A DNA stretch of 64,000 bases from NCBI GenBank assembly GCA_013239625.1, contig MU054323.1, forward strand, positions 14,121,950 to 14,185,949, in the 5' to 3' direction. The DNA comes from Lama guanicoe. Its lineage: Eukaryota. The stretch's first letter is position 1; the number at the start of each line of letters is the position of its first letter. A program made the position numbers and the translations under genes. The notes under the pieces are model-generated. The model made no database searches and was not told the origin of the DNA. It was given only the letters and a program-made list of their open reading frames with translations. Of the stretch, positions 13,310 to 24,986 are shown one piece after another.

Positions 13310-13809
13310 CAACTCTTTGGCATAAGGATTATTTTAGGCTGATTATTTTTAAGAAAGAGCAGACATAGGAAAAGCTTTGAAAACCAAGTAGAAGTTACCT
13401 TTTTGTAAGAGATATTTGCATTTTATAAGGGAACTCTCCATTTGTAACAGTTTTTCCCTCTGTTTATCAAGAAGAGGAGGGTGACAATATCTCTAGAAAT
13501 GCTTACCAATGGAGGAGGCAATAGGCTTAAATATGCAAAACAACCATACCCTTGTTTAATGTGCTTTGCCTCATAACCTTCCATAACTGGCTTCCCCTAC
13601 CCCCAACATTTTCTTTTTAATTTAGCTAGAGATGGTATTTAAGGTGGTGGCTTGGGAGAGTAATTAGTTTCCGTGGTATCTCTCTTGTCTGTAGGTGTTA
13701 CACATGTTATTAAACTTCTGTTTGTTTTTCTCCTGTTTGTCTTTTATTACAGAGGGTCTCAGCCAAGAATCTAGAAGGGTAGAGGGAAAATTATTTTTAC
13801 TTCCCTACA
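13310..13809 (+). mobile_element. ERV1-class solo LTR (MER34-like), 5' terminus missing
   Basis: CTCTTTGGCATAAGGATTATTTTAGGCTG...AGAAGGGTAGAGGGAAAATTATTTTTACTTCCCTACA; colinear with 14961-15449. Confidence 0.85.
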
Positions 13810-14024
13810 ATTCCTTCTTTTATTTGTATATTTTAAACTCTTCATAAGTGCCCTACTAAAATCTTATCAAAGTGTAACTTTGCCACACCTGAGCACATAT
13901 CCTGTGATGATGATCTGTCATAGAGAAGGCTGAGCAGAGCAATACTGTGAAGCTCTGAAGAATAGGATATACCTTCTTGTATAGATAAGATGTTTGTACC
14001 ATGTTCAGGAAACTCGGAAGACAT

Positions 14025-14382
14025 TGTCGACCTAAGACTAATAGACTGCCATTTATTTCTCCAGCAAAAAACAAAAACAAAACAAACTATTTGCGATCAA
14101 CAAGGAATTGCAGTTGAGGGTTCAGGGTCTGCAACCATGGTGAGTCATGTGCAAGTTCCTGTACAGCAAGGGAAGGAGAACTGTCTTATAGAAGGAAAGA
14201 TGAAGTTTGGAGGGCCATAGTAAGTAAGGAGTCCATAGCTTTTCATTGGGTGAGTTGTTGCTAGGAAAGAAGGGGAATCTTTCTTCCTATTTGTCCCTGC
14301 TAGCCTCATAGAGTGTGAGAGTTGCCCCCTTCTGGTCTCCTGACTCCATTTAATTAAAGATTCTGTTTATTAATATTTTACA
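14025..14382 (-). mobile_element. ERV1-class solo LTR, second family (same as 16592-16934)
   Basis: TG...CA termini; reverse-complement homology to 16592-16934 across its length; flanks ACAT and ATGT. Confidence 0.85.
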
Positions 14383-14960
14383 ATGTTATATGTTTACTAA
14401 AACATGCAAAAAAAATGACCCATAGGTCTACAAGAGTTTATCAGGGTGATAAATAGTTCTGATAAAACAGTGACCAATGCTAAGTATTGACCAAGTAAGT
14501 CTGGGGGGTAGCAAGTGCTTTTAAAGATATTGTGAGACCTTGTTTTACTGTTAAAGTGATTGGGTTGTAATTATTGCTAATGTTTAATTATGGCTAGGTA
14601 TTAACATCATTGCCCATGTTGTTCTGAGTCCTTTAATACTGTCATGTATAGCCAAAATTGCTAGCATTTGAAAGTAAATGGCAAATAAAATATGCTGAGA
14701 AGAAAGGCGTTAATGGAGTATATGAATTAATAAAACCTTTTATTATCAAAAATGTTATTTGAAAGGAAATAATAAGAGAGAAATAGAGCTGTGTATCAGA
14801 ATGTGTACCCCCTCCCTACCATATCACCTTGCAGAAAGACTTTTCCTCTGCCCCAGATGCAAGTTCAGGTTCTTGGGCTCCGGGAAGAAAGATATTTCAC
14901 CCATTCTTGGAACTCAGAGGCAAAAGGCATAGAGTTGACTGAGAACTGAGCAGTGACTGA

Positions 14961-15449
14961 TGAAGGAAAGTAAAATTTGCCACCCCAAAATATGTCTCTT
15001 TGCCGTAAGAGTTATTTTAGGCTGTTTTTTTTTTTTTTTAAGAAACAGCAGACACAGGAGAAGCTCTGAAAGCTGAATAGAAGTTTTCCTTTTGTAAGAT
15101 AAATTTACTTTCATAAGGGAAATCTCTATTTGTAAGGATCTCTTCTTGTCTATCAGGATAAAAGGGATGACAGTCTCTAGAAACTCTCATCCATGGATAA
15201 AAACCATTCCCTTGTTTACTGTGTTTTGCCTGATAATCTCCTAAAACTGGCTTCTCACCACCCCCTACAACATCTTCTTTGGCCATTTGGGGAGTTACTT
15301 AGTTTCCCTGGGTATCTCCATGTACACAGGAAGTATACATGTTTTAAATTTCTGGGTTTTTTTTTTTTTAGTGTTAATCTATCTTTTATTATAGGGGGTC
15401 AGCCAGGAACCTAGAAGAGTAGGTGAAAAAGTATTTTTCCTTCCTTTCA
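14961..15449 (+). mobile_element. ERV1-class solo LTR (MER34-like)
   Basis: TGAAGGAAAGTAAAATTTGCCACCCCAAAATATG...CTAGAAGAGTAGGTGAAAAAGTATTTTTCCTTCCTTTCA. Confidence 0.88.
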
Positions 15450-16591
15450 TTGCCTTTTCCCCAAGATACAGTTCCCCCATCGCAGTAGTCTCTGTAAACA
15501 CAGATACCCATACCTTGAATAAAACACAGTTGACTAAAAGATTCCCAGCACCTTTCTCGTGCCCTAAAGTCTAGGGAACCTTGATTCTGGACCTAACTGA
15601 TTTCTGTTAAAAGGAGCCCTCTTCTCAATGGACTCGACAGTAAAGGTATTCGTTTAACAGGGACTGAATATCTAAGGCACCCCAATTGTTTGGTCTAGGT
15701 CAGTATCTACTTCAATAGAGCATGATGTGTATATTCAGATAGACAACTGATAAAGTGAAAAAAAAATTCTTAGGAAATATGACCCCTTAGGCAATATATG
15801 ACACATTCACGTTCATGAGAAAGAGTAAAACATTTATTTCTGGTACAAAAGGGATTTAATCTATTAATATTCTCTTTTTTCAATTCTCTCCTTTAGTCAA
15901 ACTAATTGAAACTAATTTCCAAAACAAATTAAAAAAATTGTGAACTTTCTTACCCTTATTGGATAGGTGAGACAAGTTGAAAATGATTTGTTATTCTTTA
16001 ATTAATGTGTCAAGCACTGTTCTAGATACTGTAGATGCAAAATAAATGAGTCGTCTCAAGCCCTTAGACTCCCTGGGACAAGTTGCTTGTTCCTACATTA
16101 TCTAACCAGGACATATCTCCAGATCCTGCCTCTGACTTCCTTTCTAAACACACTTTATTTCTGTTTTTTTTTCCCCCGAATTTCTGTCCCTTTCCCTCAA
16201 AGCTCATTTCTACTTAGTCAGAGTCAGGAAAGCCTTCATATTTAAGATGAATGTTCAGCTGACTTGCAATGACTGGATATTGCTAGGCAAACAGGGAAGG
16301 AACAGCAAAGAAGATTTAAGTAGGATAAACCCCAGTTTCTCACAAAGATATGTCAAATATCTGATTTATTTGGTGAATTTTAAGCAGCTCAATAGAACTA
16401 GAGTGGAAAATTCAAGGAGTAATATTACAAGGATAGACACATGGAGAAGGAAGCAAGGGCTAGATTATTATCTTATGATGAAAGCTGTTTAGACTTTATT
16501 TCATAAGAAATCTGGAGAATCAGTCTTAATCTTGAAATAGTGAGTTTGGCCCTACTCATATACTTCAGGAAGGAAAAGAAAAACTAAACTA

Positions 16592-16934
16592 TGTGAAAAA
16601 TTATTACACAGAAACCTCAGTTAAGTAGAATTGGGAAATGGGGGCTGTGGGAGGAGGAGTTATCACTCCCTGTGATGATAGCAGGGCCCAATAGGAAGAA
16701 GAAAGACTCCTCTTCTTTCCTGTCAAGGACTGAGCCAGTGAAAACCATGGACTCTTTCTTACGTAGCCCTCCCTCCCACCTTCCTTTTCTTCCCTATAAA
16801 AGTCCTCCCTCCTCCTTTCCATGACTGTGGGAGCTTGCCATATTATAGACCCCGACCCTCAATTCTCTGTTGATCCTGAATAAACCCATCTTTCCTGGAG
16901 AAATATTTGGCAGTCTATTTGTTTAAGGTCAACA
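16592..16934 (+). mobile_element. ERV1-class solo LTR with 4-bp TSD ACTA; TATA box and poly(A) signal retained
   Basis: TG...CA termini; ACTA at 16588-16591 and 16935-16938; CCTATAAAAG at about 16795 and AATAAA at about 16880. Confidence 0.9.
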
Positions 16935-16968
16935 ACTAAATACAGGAATGTCTGTGTTATCTTAAATC

Positions 16969-17060
16969 ACTTTTTAAAAATTTAAGTGTAGTTGATGTAC
17001 AATATTGTGTTAGCTTCAGATGTTCAGTAGAGTGATTCAGATATATAAGCATGTTTTTGA
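16969..17060 (-). mobile_element. Short older L1 3' tail fragment
   Basis: AAGTGTAGTTGATGTACAATATTGTGTTAGCTTCAGATGTTCAGTAGAGTGATTCAG is a typical antisense laurasiatherian L1 3' end. Confidence 0.65.
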
Positions 17061-17159
17061 TCATAGAATCCTATCTCCCCTTCTGAATTCCTGACCTAAT
17101 ACCAGACAACTTCTGTTGAACCAGTGGTACAATAGGGGACTGACTATTTAAAAACAAAC

Positions 17160-17743
17160 CTGCATCCCAGTGTTCATAGCGGAACTATTTACAGTAGCCA
17201 AGACATGGAAACAGACTAAATGTCCATCAACAGATGACTGAGTGAAGAAGATGTGGTATATTTATACAGTGGAATACTATTCAGCCATAAAAACAACAAC
17301 ATAATGCCATTTGCAGCAACACGGATGTTCCTGGAGAATATTATTCTATGTGAAGTAAGCCAGAAAGAGAAAGAAAAATACCATATGAGATCGCTCATAT
17401 GTGGCATCTAAAAAAAAAAAAAAAAAACATAAATACAAAAAAGAAACAGACTCAATAGACATAGAATACAAACTTGTGGTTGCCAAGGGGGAGGGGAGTG
17501 GGATGGGATAGACTGGGAGTTCAGAATTTGTAGATACTGACAGGCATATGTCGAATAGAGAAACAAGATTATACTGTATAGCAGCACAGAGAAATATACA
17601 CAAGATCTTGTGGTAGCTCACAGCGAAAAGAATGCAACAATGAATATATGTATGTTCATATATAACTGAAAAATTGGGCTCTACACTGGAATTTGATACA
17701 ACATTGTAAAATGACTATAACTCAGTAAAAAATGTTTAAAAAT
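17160..17743 (+). mobile_element. Young lineage-specific L1, 5'-truncated (ORF2 C-terminus + 3'UTR), TSD AAAAACAAAC
   Basis: Homologous to the reverse complement of about 22924-23490. AAAAACAAAC at 17150-17159 and 17744-17753; TTT/AAAA endonuclease site at the left edge. Confidence 0.93.
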
Positions 17744-18094
17744 AAAAACAAACAAAAAATTAAAAAAAAAACCCACCTCTAATTCACTGTTAGCCAGTTC
17801 TAGCTGTCAGGTTATTCTTCATTTGGTTGAGGTAGAATCGTTCTCTGTGAAACTTTACATAACTGTTCCTCTAGTTCTGTGCTCTCTCAAGCAAAACTGA
17901 ATATGCGTTCTTCGTTTATGTAATAACTTCTCTTAAAATACTTGTTTCCTTTGAAGCATGTTGTGGAAGAAGAAATTTCCTACGTTGGTCTAGAAATTGG
18001 TCTAGGTGACCTCTATAATTATATTATTTTAGGAAGGAAGTATAATAATAAAACCCTGCAAGTACAATAATGAAAATGACAATACTCTTTCTTG

Positions 18095-18250
18095 ATTGTT
18101 AGGCAGGTGCTAAATGCTTAGTGTTAATCTTTACAATATCCTTGAGACTTGGTATTATTCTGCTCATGTAGATGAGAAAATTAAGGTGAGAAAAATACTC
18201 ATATGTGTGTAGCTGATAAGTGATGAACCCAAGATTTAGGTGTAGTTCTA
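18095..18250 (-). mobile_element. MIR SINE
   Basis: TAGGCAGGTGCTAAATGCTT...GTAGATGAGAAAATTAAGG...GAACCCAAGATTT. Confidence 0.6.
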
Positions 18251-19149
18251 TTCCCCAATTTCTAAAAAAAAAAAAAAAAGGAGGGTATCTTAAAAAGAGA
18301 AAAATGTATATAATATAAAACACAAAGTCACTTCTTATATTATTATATCCTGTGTTCCCCCTTTGGTAAGTTAATTAAACTTACTCCTCATTTTAAAGAA
18401 TTTTCAGATGTACATTAATACACCTTGATTTGGAAAATATTATGAGTTCCTGGACCATTCTTATTTTCTTTTTTTGATCTGAGACCCAAACTCATTGATC
18501 CCCGGTATTTTAATTAGACACATATTTCTTTATGGATATCATTAAATTTCTACATTGCTTTAACTTTTTCAAGGAAATATAAAACTTTGTCAGAGTAATT
18601 ACTTGAATACTGTCAGAAAAATGCTGAACATTTTGTCTACAGTATTTTAATTTTTAATTAAAACAGCAAAATGGCTAAACAAAGCAGAAACTATGAAAGA
18701 AAAGAATAAAGCAAAATTGCGTTTTAGGAGGTCTTAAACTTTCTGGGGTTTATTCTTTAATAACACTTTTCATGTACAATTTTTATTATCTTTTTTTTAA
18801 TCTTAGAGCCCTTGTATAACTATTACAGTTAATAATTTGATAACTCTGTTAACAAAACATTAATTGATTTTAAAATCTGATAGTGTCTAGTACTTTCTAT
18901 ACTACAACTTTAGTGCTCCTGGAATATTGTTTTATTTAATTGTTCCAAATATTTATATAAAAACTATGAATTAGGTCAATTAAAGATTATAGAAAATTTG
19001 GGAAAATTTTCCTTTGAATTATATTTAAATCAGAATTATTTAAAGAAATGTTTTAATTTTGAATATCAGCTCACTATTATGGTATCAGAATCTTTGAAAC
19101 ATGATCTTAATAAAGTGGTGAGAAAATTCTCTTCTTAACAAATGTCTAA

Positions 19150-19320
19150 AATCCTGGGTTTCGAAATCCATCAGGCTCAATCACTAACTGATTGTGTGAT
19201 CTCAGGTCATAACCTCCCTGCTCCTCAGCGTACTCATTGTAAAATAGTGATGATAATATGCTCCTTACAGAGATAATGAGTCAGTAATAAGGGACATATG
19301 TGTAAGATACAGAGCAGTTA
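19150..19320 (+). mobile_element. MIR SINE
   Basis: CCTGGGTTTCGAAATCC...CACTAACTGATTGTGTGATCTCAGG...CCTCAGCGTACTCATTGTAAAATAGTGATGATAAT. Confidence 0.65.
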
Positions 19321-19384
19321 ATATTGTCTGTGATTGTGAGGAGATCACATTAACTAAACTGGGACATTTTTGAAATGGTATGCT

Positions 19385-20515
19385 TGTGTTCTTAGGAGGG
19401 AAAGCTTTCAGTCTTTTACCATTCAGAATGATGTTAGCTGTGAGTTCTTGTAGATGCCCTTAGTCACATTGAAGACATTCTTTTATCTGCTTATTTTTCA
19501 GAGTTTTTATCAGACAAAGATGTTGGATTTATTAAAAAGCTCTTTATGCATCTGTTGAGATGCTCATACAGTTTTTATAATTTTCACTTGTGAATGTGGT
19601 AAATTACAATGATCGATTTTTAATTGTTAAACCAAATTTACATTCCTGGGGTAAATCTAATGAAGTCATGATGTATTATCTATCTTATATATTTTTGAAT
19701 TCTATTTGTTATTGTGTAGTATTTTTGCAATTATGATTGTCAGGGGTATTAGTCTGTTATTTTCTTGTAATGGAAGTATGTCAGCATTCAAATATTTTTC
19801 CAAATATCAGGTTTGATACTAGAGTAATGCTGTTAAATGTTAGAAAGTGTCAGGAAGTATACCTTCTGCTTCTATTTTCTGGAAAGTTTTTTTTGTAGAA
19901 CTGGTACTATTTCTTCCTTAAATGTTTGGAAGAATTCACCAGTGAAGTCATCTGGGGCTTGAGTTTTCTTTGTGAGAAGATCTAACAATAAATTCAATGA
20001 CTTTAGTAGCTGTAGGACTTTTCAGTTTATCTGTTTCTTCTCCAGTGGTCTATGATAGTTTGTACCTTTAAAGGAATTCGTCCATTTATCACATTTATAG
20101 GCATAAGTTGTTCATACTGTTTCCTTATAATCCTTTTAATATTTATAGAATATCATGATATCCTTTCTCTTATTCCTGATATTGATAATTTGTTTCTTTT
20201 ATCTTGTTATCTAATTTACATGGTCAAAAGCATATGAATTTTGTTTTTCTTCTCAAAGAACCAGATTTTGGTTTAATTATTTTTTTTTTCTGTTTTCTAT
20301 TTCATTAATTTATACTCTTTATACATTGACTGTGGTCTTTAGTATTTCCTTTCTTTTGGTTACTTTGCTTTCTATTTGGTCTTCTTTTCAGATTTTTATG
20401 GTAGATGCTAAGGTCACTGATTTCAGACCTTTTGCTCTTTACTAACAAGCATTTTGTACTATAAATTTTCTCTTATTTACTACTCCAGTAAGATCACAGA
20501 AGTTTTGGTTTGTTC
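19385..20515 (-). mobile_element. Old L1 ORF2 internal fragment (L1M-type, heavily degraded)
   Basis: GGGAAAGCTTTCAGTCTTTTACCATT..., GAATTCACCAGTGAAGTCATCTGGGGCTTG and TTCTCAAAGAACCAG are conserved antisense L1 ORF2 words; the left end is homologous to 3715-3775. Confidence 0.85.
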
Positions 20516-21344
20516 TAAAGGTTTTTTTTTTTTTAATTGCTCTGCTGTCTTATCTTTTCAAGACAACATTAGCAAACATTCATGTATACAACCTTGTTCT
20601 TTTATGAGGTGTGTGTATGAGTAAGTATGTGTGCGTGTGTGTGTGTAAGACTGTGTGTGTTTCTTTTGATCAACTGATCAAGAAAATATAGGACTGGAAC
20701 TGATACTGTATTAAAATAAGAACAAAGTTAATGTTTTGCCTGTAGCCTGGCATGAGCCTCAAGGAGAAAGATGTTCTAATCCTTTTTATAATCTCACTTG
20801 TAGCAGAAATGATTGGTAGATCTGGTCTCCTATCACAGGTTTCTTATCTCTTTTGAGGAGGGTTAATAATGTCATACCTCTCTGACTCTTAATATCAACA
20901 TTAAGTGGCCAGGAGGCACAACTGTAAGCAGAGAGTTATCCCAGAAAAGTTTTGCAAGCATTATATTCTACTTTGCTAATATATGAAATTTATTTCTTCA
21001 AAAAGTGCCTACAGATTTTCATAGGATGAATTTTATTTAAACATTTTTTTTCTCATGAGAGAGGAAAAAGTCATATAAGGCACAGGGTAAGACATCAAGA
21101 TATAAAGAGGGAAATTTGATCAAATTTTTCCATCAATAAAATGTCCAGTTCAGATTATTGCAACCTGTGCATTATAACTGTGCTTGATTTATTTTAGTAG
21201 TGTATTTATTTTGATTTACTTATTTTGTAAGGCAAACCTTTTGTTAAATAAATTTCACACACATAAAGAATCTAATTTAATGAATTGTCAGTTATAATCA
21301 TCATAAGACATAAAATAAACATCATTGAGAACCTTTACAGATAA

Positions 21345-21490
21345 AATTACTACCAGTTACTAAGCAATGAGTGCATGTACATTTTCTCATTTAATATTCA
21401 AAAGATTTCTGCATGCTAGTTACTGTTATTCCCATTCTGCAGATTAGAAAATCAGGCTCAGAGTGATTACCCTGATTGGGTCACACAAGG
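21345..21490 (-). mobile_element. MIR SINE
   Basis: TTCTCATTTAAT...TTATTCCCATTCTGCAGATTAGAAAATCAGGCTCAGAG...GGTCACACA. Confidence 0.65.
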
Positions 21491-22923
21491 AGTTCAAAGA
21501 ACATTTGTCTGTGATACCAATACTTTCCACTTTTTGAATATACTATTTCAGAGAAATTCTAGCCACATTTTATTTAACAACATTTTAAAACGTTATGTGC
21601 ATACTTACGCCAAGTATATTGGTGAAGGAATTCTAATCTCAGACAAATGAGAAGCACAATAATGAGTAATAAACATTATCATCAGATGTTATCCATATTC
21701 AAAACCAAGAAACAAAACTTAAAATATCTAAGGCAGTTTTACCAATAGAATTGCCACACAGAAGGAAAATGGGTGGTTTTAAGTCCCAATGACCCTCATT
21801 AAATTAAGACACAAGTGGATTTGTATCATTATTACATATGGCTATAAACTCAAACTCACAATTTTTTTTTCTTGAATGTAAAAAAAAAAAAAAGAGGCTA
21901 GCCCTGTAAATTTACTACCTTTTTACAAAAAATGCTACACAGCGCATATCATTTTTTAAGGAAAAAGTATCTTTTTTTAAGGAAAAACTCTGTATGCACA
22001 TGTGAGTATGTTACAGGAAGTCAGGCATCGTTTGTAGAGGGTATTAAGTCAGTCAATTCTCTTGTCAGAAGTGATGGCCCCACAGCAGAGACTTTGGACC
22101 CAAACTGAATTTGGAATCCCTTAGCTTTCTCTGGTTGGTCCAAAGTGTTCAGTCCTTGGACTGAACTTAGTTCTGTGAGTAGCTGTGCCAGGCCATTCTG
22201 GAAAATTAACTTTATATTACCCCTGTCCTGGCCTTGGATATTGTAAGATCAGGAAGTGAAAGGACACGGTTCAGGGAAAACTTAAAATTAATTCATTAGA
22301 TGTTTCTCTGAGCCAAAAATGTTGAAAAGCCTAACAGAACTACCTCTGAGGTAGCTCCATAGATTCTGAATAAGAAGGGATCACGATAGGTCATAGAAAT
22401 GAGTATTCTCTCAGGACAACTTTTCATTCACTAGCTGGCCTGAAAATAATTAGCCTGAAGTGCTTTGTGCACAAGAGCCATAAAAATGTTCATTCTGCTG
22501 GGTGCTTACAACATTCTTCATTAATTTCTGGGCATCTCAGCACTTTTAATTATATGATCTGGAAACCAGTGTGTTAGTTTGGAAAACAAGTTGAGAAACA
22601 CTTTCCTGAGTAGAGTAGAGATGTTGATTTAACTTCAAAATGATTGCTCCTGTTCGCAAAATTTTAACAATAGCATTGTTAGGAACTTACATTGCTGTGG
22701 TATTGTAAAACACCTGGCTGCTTCAAGCCAGTTTCTTTAATAAAAATGCTGAGCAGTGTTTATAGCTTATAACTTTGTGTCTTACGTCACCTCTTCTAAT
22801 CTGTGTGTACCACACTGTTCAAAGGGCACAGCAGGATATTTTAAGTAGCATCAACCATCTCAGATGGTGACATGAAGAGCTGCTTATTGTGTACAATTTC
22901 TTTCTTCATGTAACACATTTTTT

Positions 22924-24986
22924 AAACATTTTTATTGATTTATAATCATTTACAATGTTGTATCAAATTCCAGTGTAGAGCACAATTTTTCAGTTATACA
23001 TGAACATATGTATATTCATTGTCACCTTTTTTTCTCCATGAGCTACCATAAGATCTTATATATATTTCCCTGTGCTATACAGTATAATCTTGTTTATGTT
23101 CTACAATTTTGAAATCGCAGTCTGTCCCTTCCCACACTCCGCCCCCTTGGCAACCACAAGTGTGTATTTCTATGTCTACAAGTCTATTTCTGTTTTGTAT
23201 TTATGCTTTGTTTGTGTGTGCGTGTGTGTGTTTTTTTTTAGATTCCACATATGAGTGATCTCATATGGTATTTTTCTTTCTCTTTCTCGCTTACTTCACT
23301 TAGAATGACATCTTCCAGGAGCATCCATGTTGCTACAAATGGCGTTATATTGTCGGGTTTTATGGCTGAGTAGTATTCCATTGTATAAATATACCACTTC
23401 TTCTTTATCCAGTCATCTGTTGATGCACATTTAGTCTGTCTCTATGTCTTGGCTATTGTAAATAGTGCTGCTATGAACATTGGGGTGCAGGTGTCATCCT
23501 GAAGTAGGATTACTTCTGGGTATATGCCCAGGAGCAGGATTACTGGGTTATACGGTAAGTCTATTCCTGGTCTTTTGAGGAATCTCCATACTGTTTTCCA
23601 CAGTGGCTGCACCAAACTGCATTCCCACCAGCAGTGTAGGAGGGTTCCCCTTTCTCCACAGCCTCTCCAGAATTTGTCATTTGTGGCTTTTTGAATGATG
23701 GCCATTCTGACTGGTGGGAGGTGATAACTCATTGTTTTGATTTGCACTTCTTTGACAATAAGTGATATTGAGCATTGTTTCATGTGCCTATAGATCATTT
23801 GTATGTCTTCCTTGGAGAATTGCTTGTTTAGGTCTTTTGCCCATTTTTGTTTGTTTCTTATTAAGTCGTATGAGCTGCTTATATATTCTGGAAATCAAGC
23901 CTTTGTCTATTTCATTTGCAAAAATTTTCTCCCATTCCGTAGGTTGTCTTTTTGTTTTACTTATGGTTTCCTTTGCTGTGCAGAAGCTGGTAAGTTTCAT
24001 TAGGTTCCATTTGTTTATCCTTGCTTTTATTTCTATTGCTTGAGTATATTGTTCTAGGAGAACGTTTTTGAGATGTATGTCAGATAATGTTTTGCCTATA
24101 TTTTCTTCTAGGAGGTTTATTGTATCTTGTCTTATGTTTAAGTCTTTGATCCATTTTGAGTTTATTTTTGTGTATGGTATAGGGGAGTGTTCTAGCTTCA
24201 TTGATTTACATGCTGCTGTCCAGTTTTCCCAACACCATTTGCTGAAGAGAATGTCTTTATTTCATTGTATATTCTTGCCTCCTTTGTCAAAAATTAGTTG
24301 ACCAAAAGTTTGTGGGTTCATTTCTGGGCTCTCTATTCTGTTCCATTGGTCTGTATGTCTGTTTTTGTACCAATACCATGTTGTCTTGAGGACTGTGGCT
24401 CTATAGTATTGTCTGAAGTCTGGGAAAATTATTTCTCCAGCCTCTTTCTTTCTCTTCAGTAATGCTTTGGCAATTCTAGGTCTTTGATAGTTCCATATAA
24501 ATTTTATTATGATTTGTTCTAGTTCTCTGAAATATGCTCTGGGTAATTTGATAGGGATTGCAATAAATCTGTAAGTTGCCTTGAGCAGTGTGACCATTTT
24601 AACAATATTGATTCTTCCAGTCCAGGAGCATGGGATATCTTTCCATTTTTTAAAGTCTTCTTTAATTTCCTTCATCAGTGGTTTATAGTTTTCTGTGTAT
24701 AATTCTTTCATCTCCTTGGTTAGATTTATTCCCAGATATTTTATTATTTTGGATGCTATTTTAAAGGGGATTGTTTCTTTACTTTCTTTTTCTGTTGATT
24801 CGTCGTTAGTGTAAAGAAATGCAACTGATTTTTGAACATTAATCTTGTAACCTGCTACCTTGCTGAATTCTTCAATCGGCTCTAGTAGTTTTTGTGTGGA
24901 CCTTTTAGGGTTTTTTATATATAATAACATGTCGTCAGCATATAGTGACACTTTTACCTCTTCTTTTCCAATTTGGATCCCTTTTA
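22924..24986 (-). mobile_element. Young 5'-truncated L1 (about 2.06 kb) with TSD CATGTAACACATTTT(TT)
   Basis: TSD at 22907-22923 and 24987-25003. The 3'UTR matches 17160-17743, and the element carries ORF2 RT-to-C-terminus coding remnants. Confidence 0.97.
23300..24986 (-). pseudogene. Disabled L1 ORF2p C-terminal part (RT catalytic YADD region to Cys-rich domain), broken by stops/frameshifts
   Basis: ORF-track pieces 24262-25107 ([19 protein letters not shown]...KYLGINL...[14 protein letters not shown]), 23788-24201 ([13 protein letters not shown]) and 23442-23798 ([14 protein letters not shown]...[15 protein letters not shown]). Confidence 0.95.

Noticed and set aside
13310..15449. Two same-orientation MER34-like LTRs as the ends of one mini-provirus
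   Set aside because: There is no PBS after 13809 and no PPT before 14961, the spacer shows no retroviral motifs, and I see no shared TSD. Independent solo LTRs explain it better.
21950..21987. Direct repeat TTTTTTAAGGAAAAA x2
   Set aside because: Low-complexity local duplication with no sign of function.
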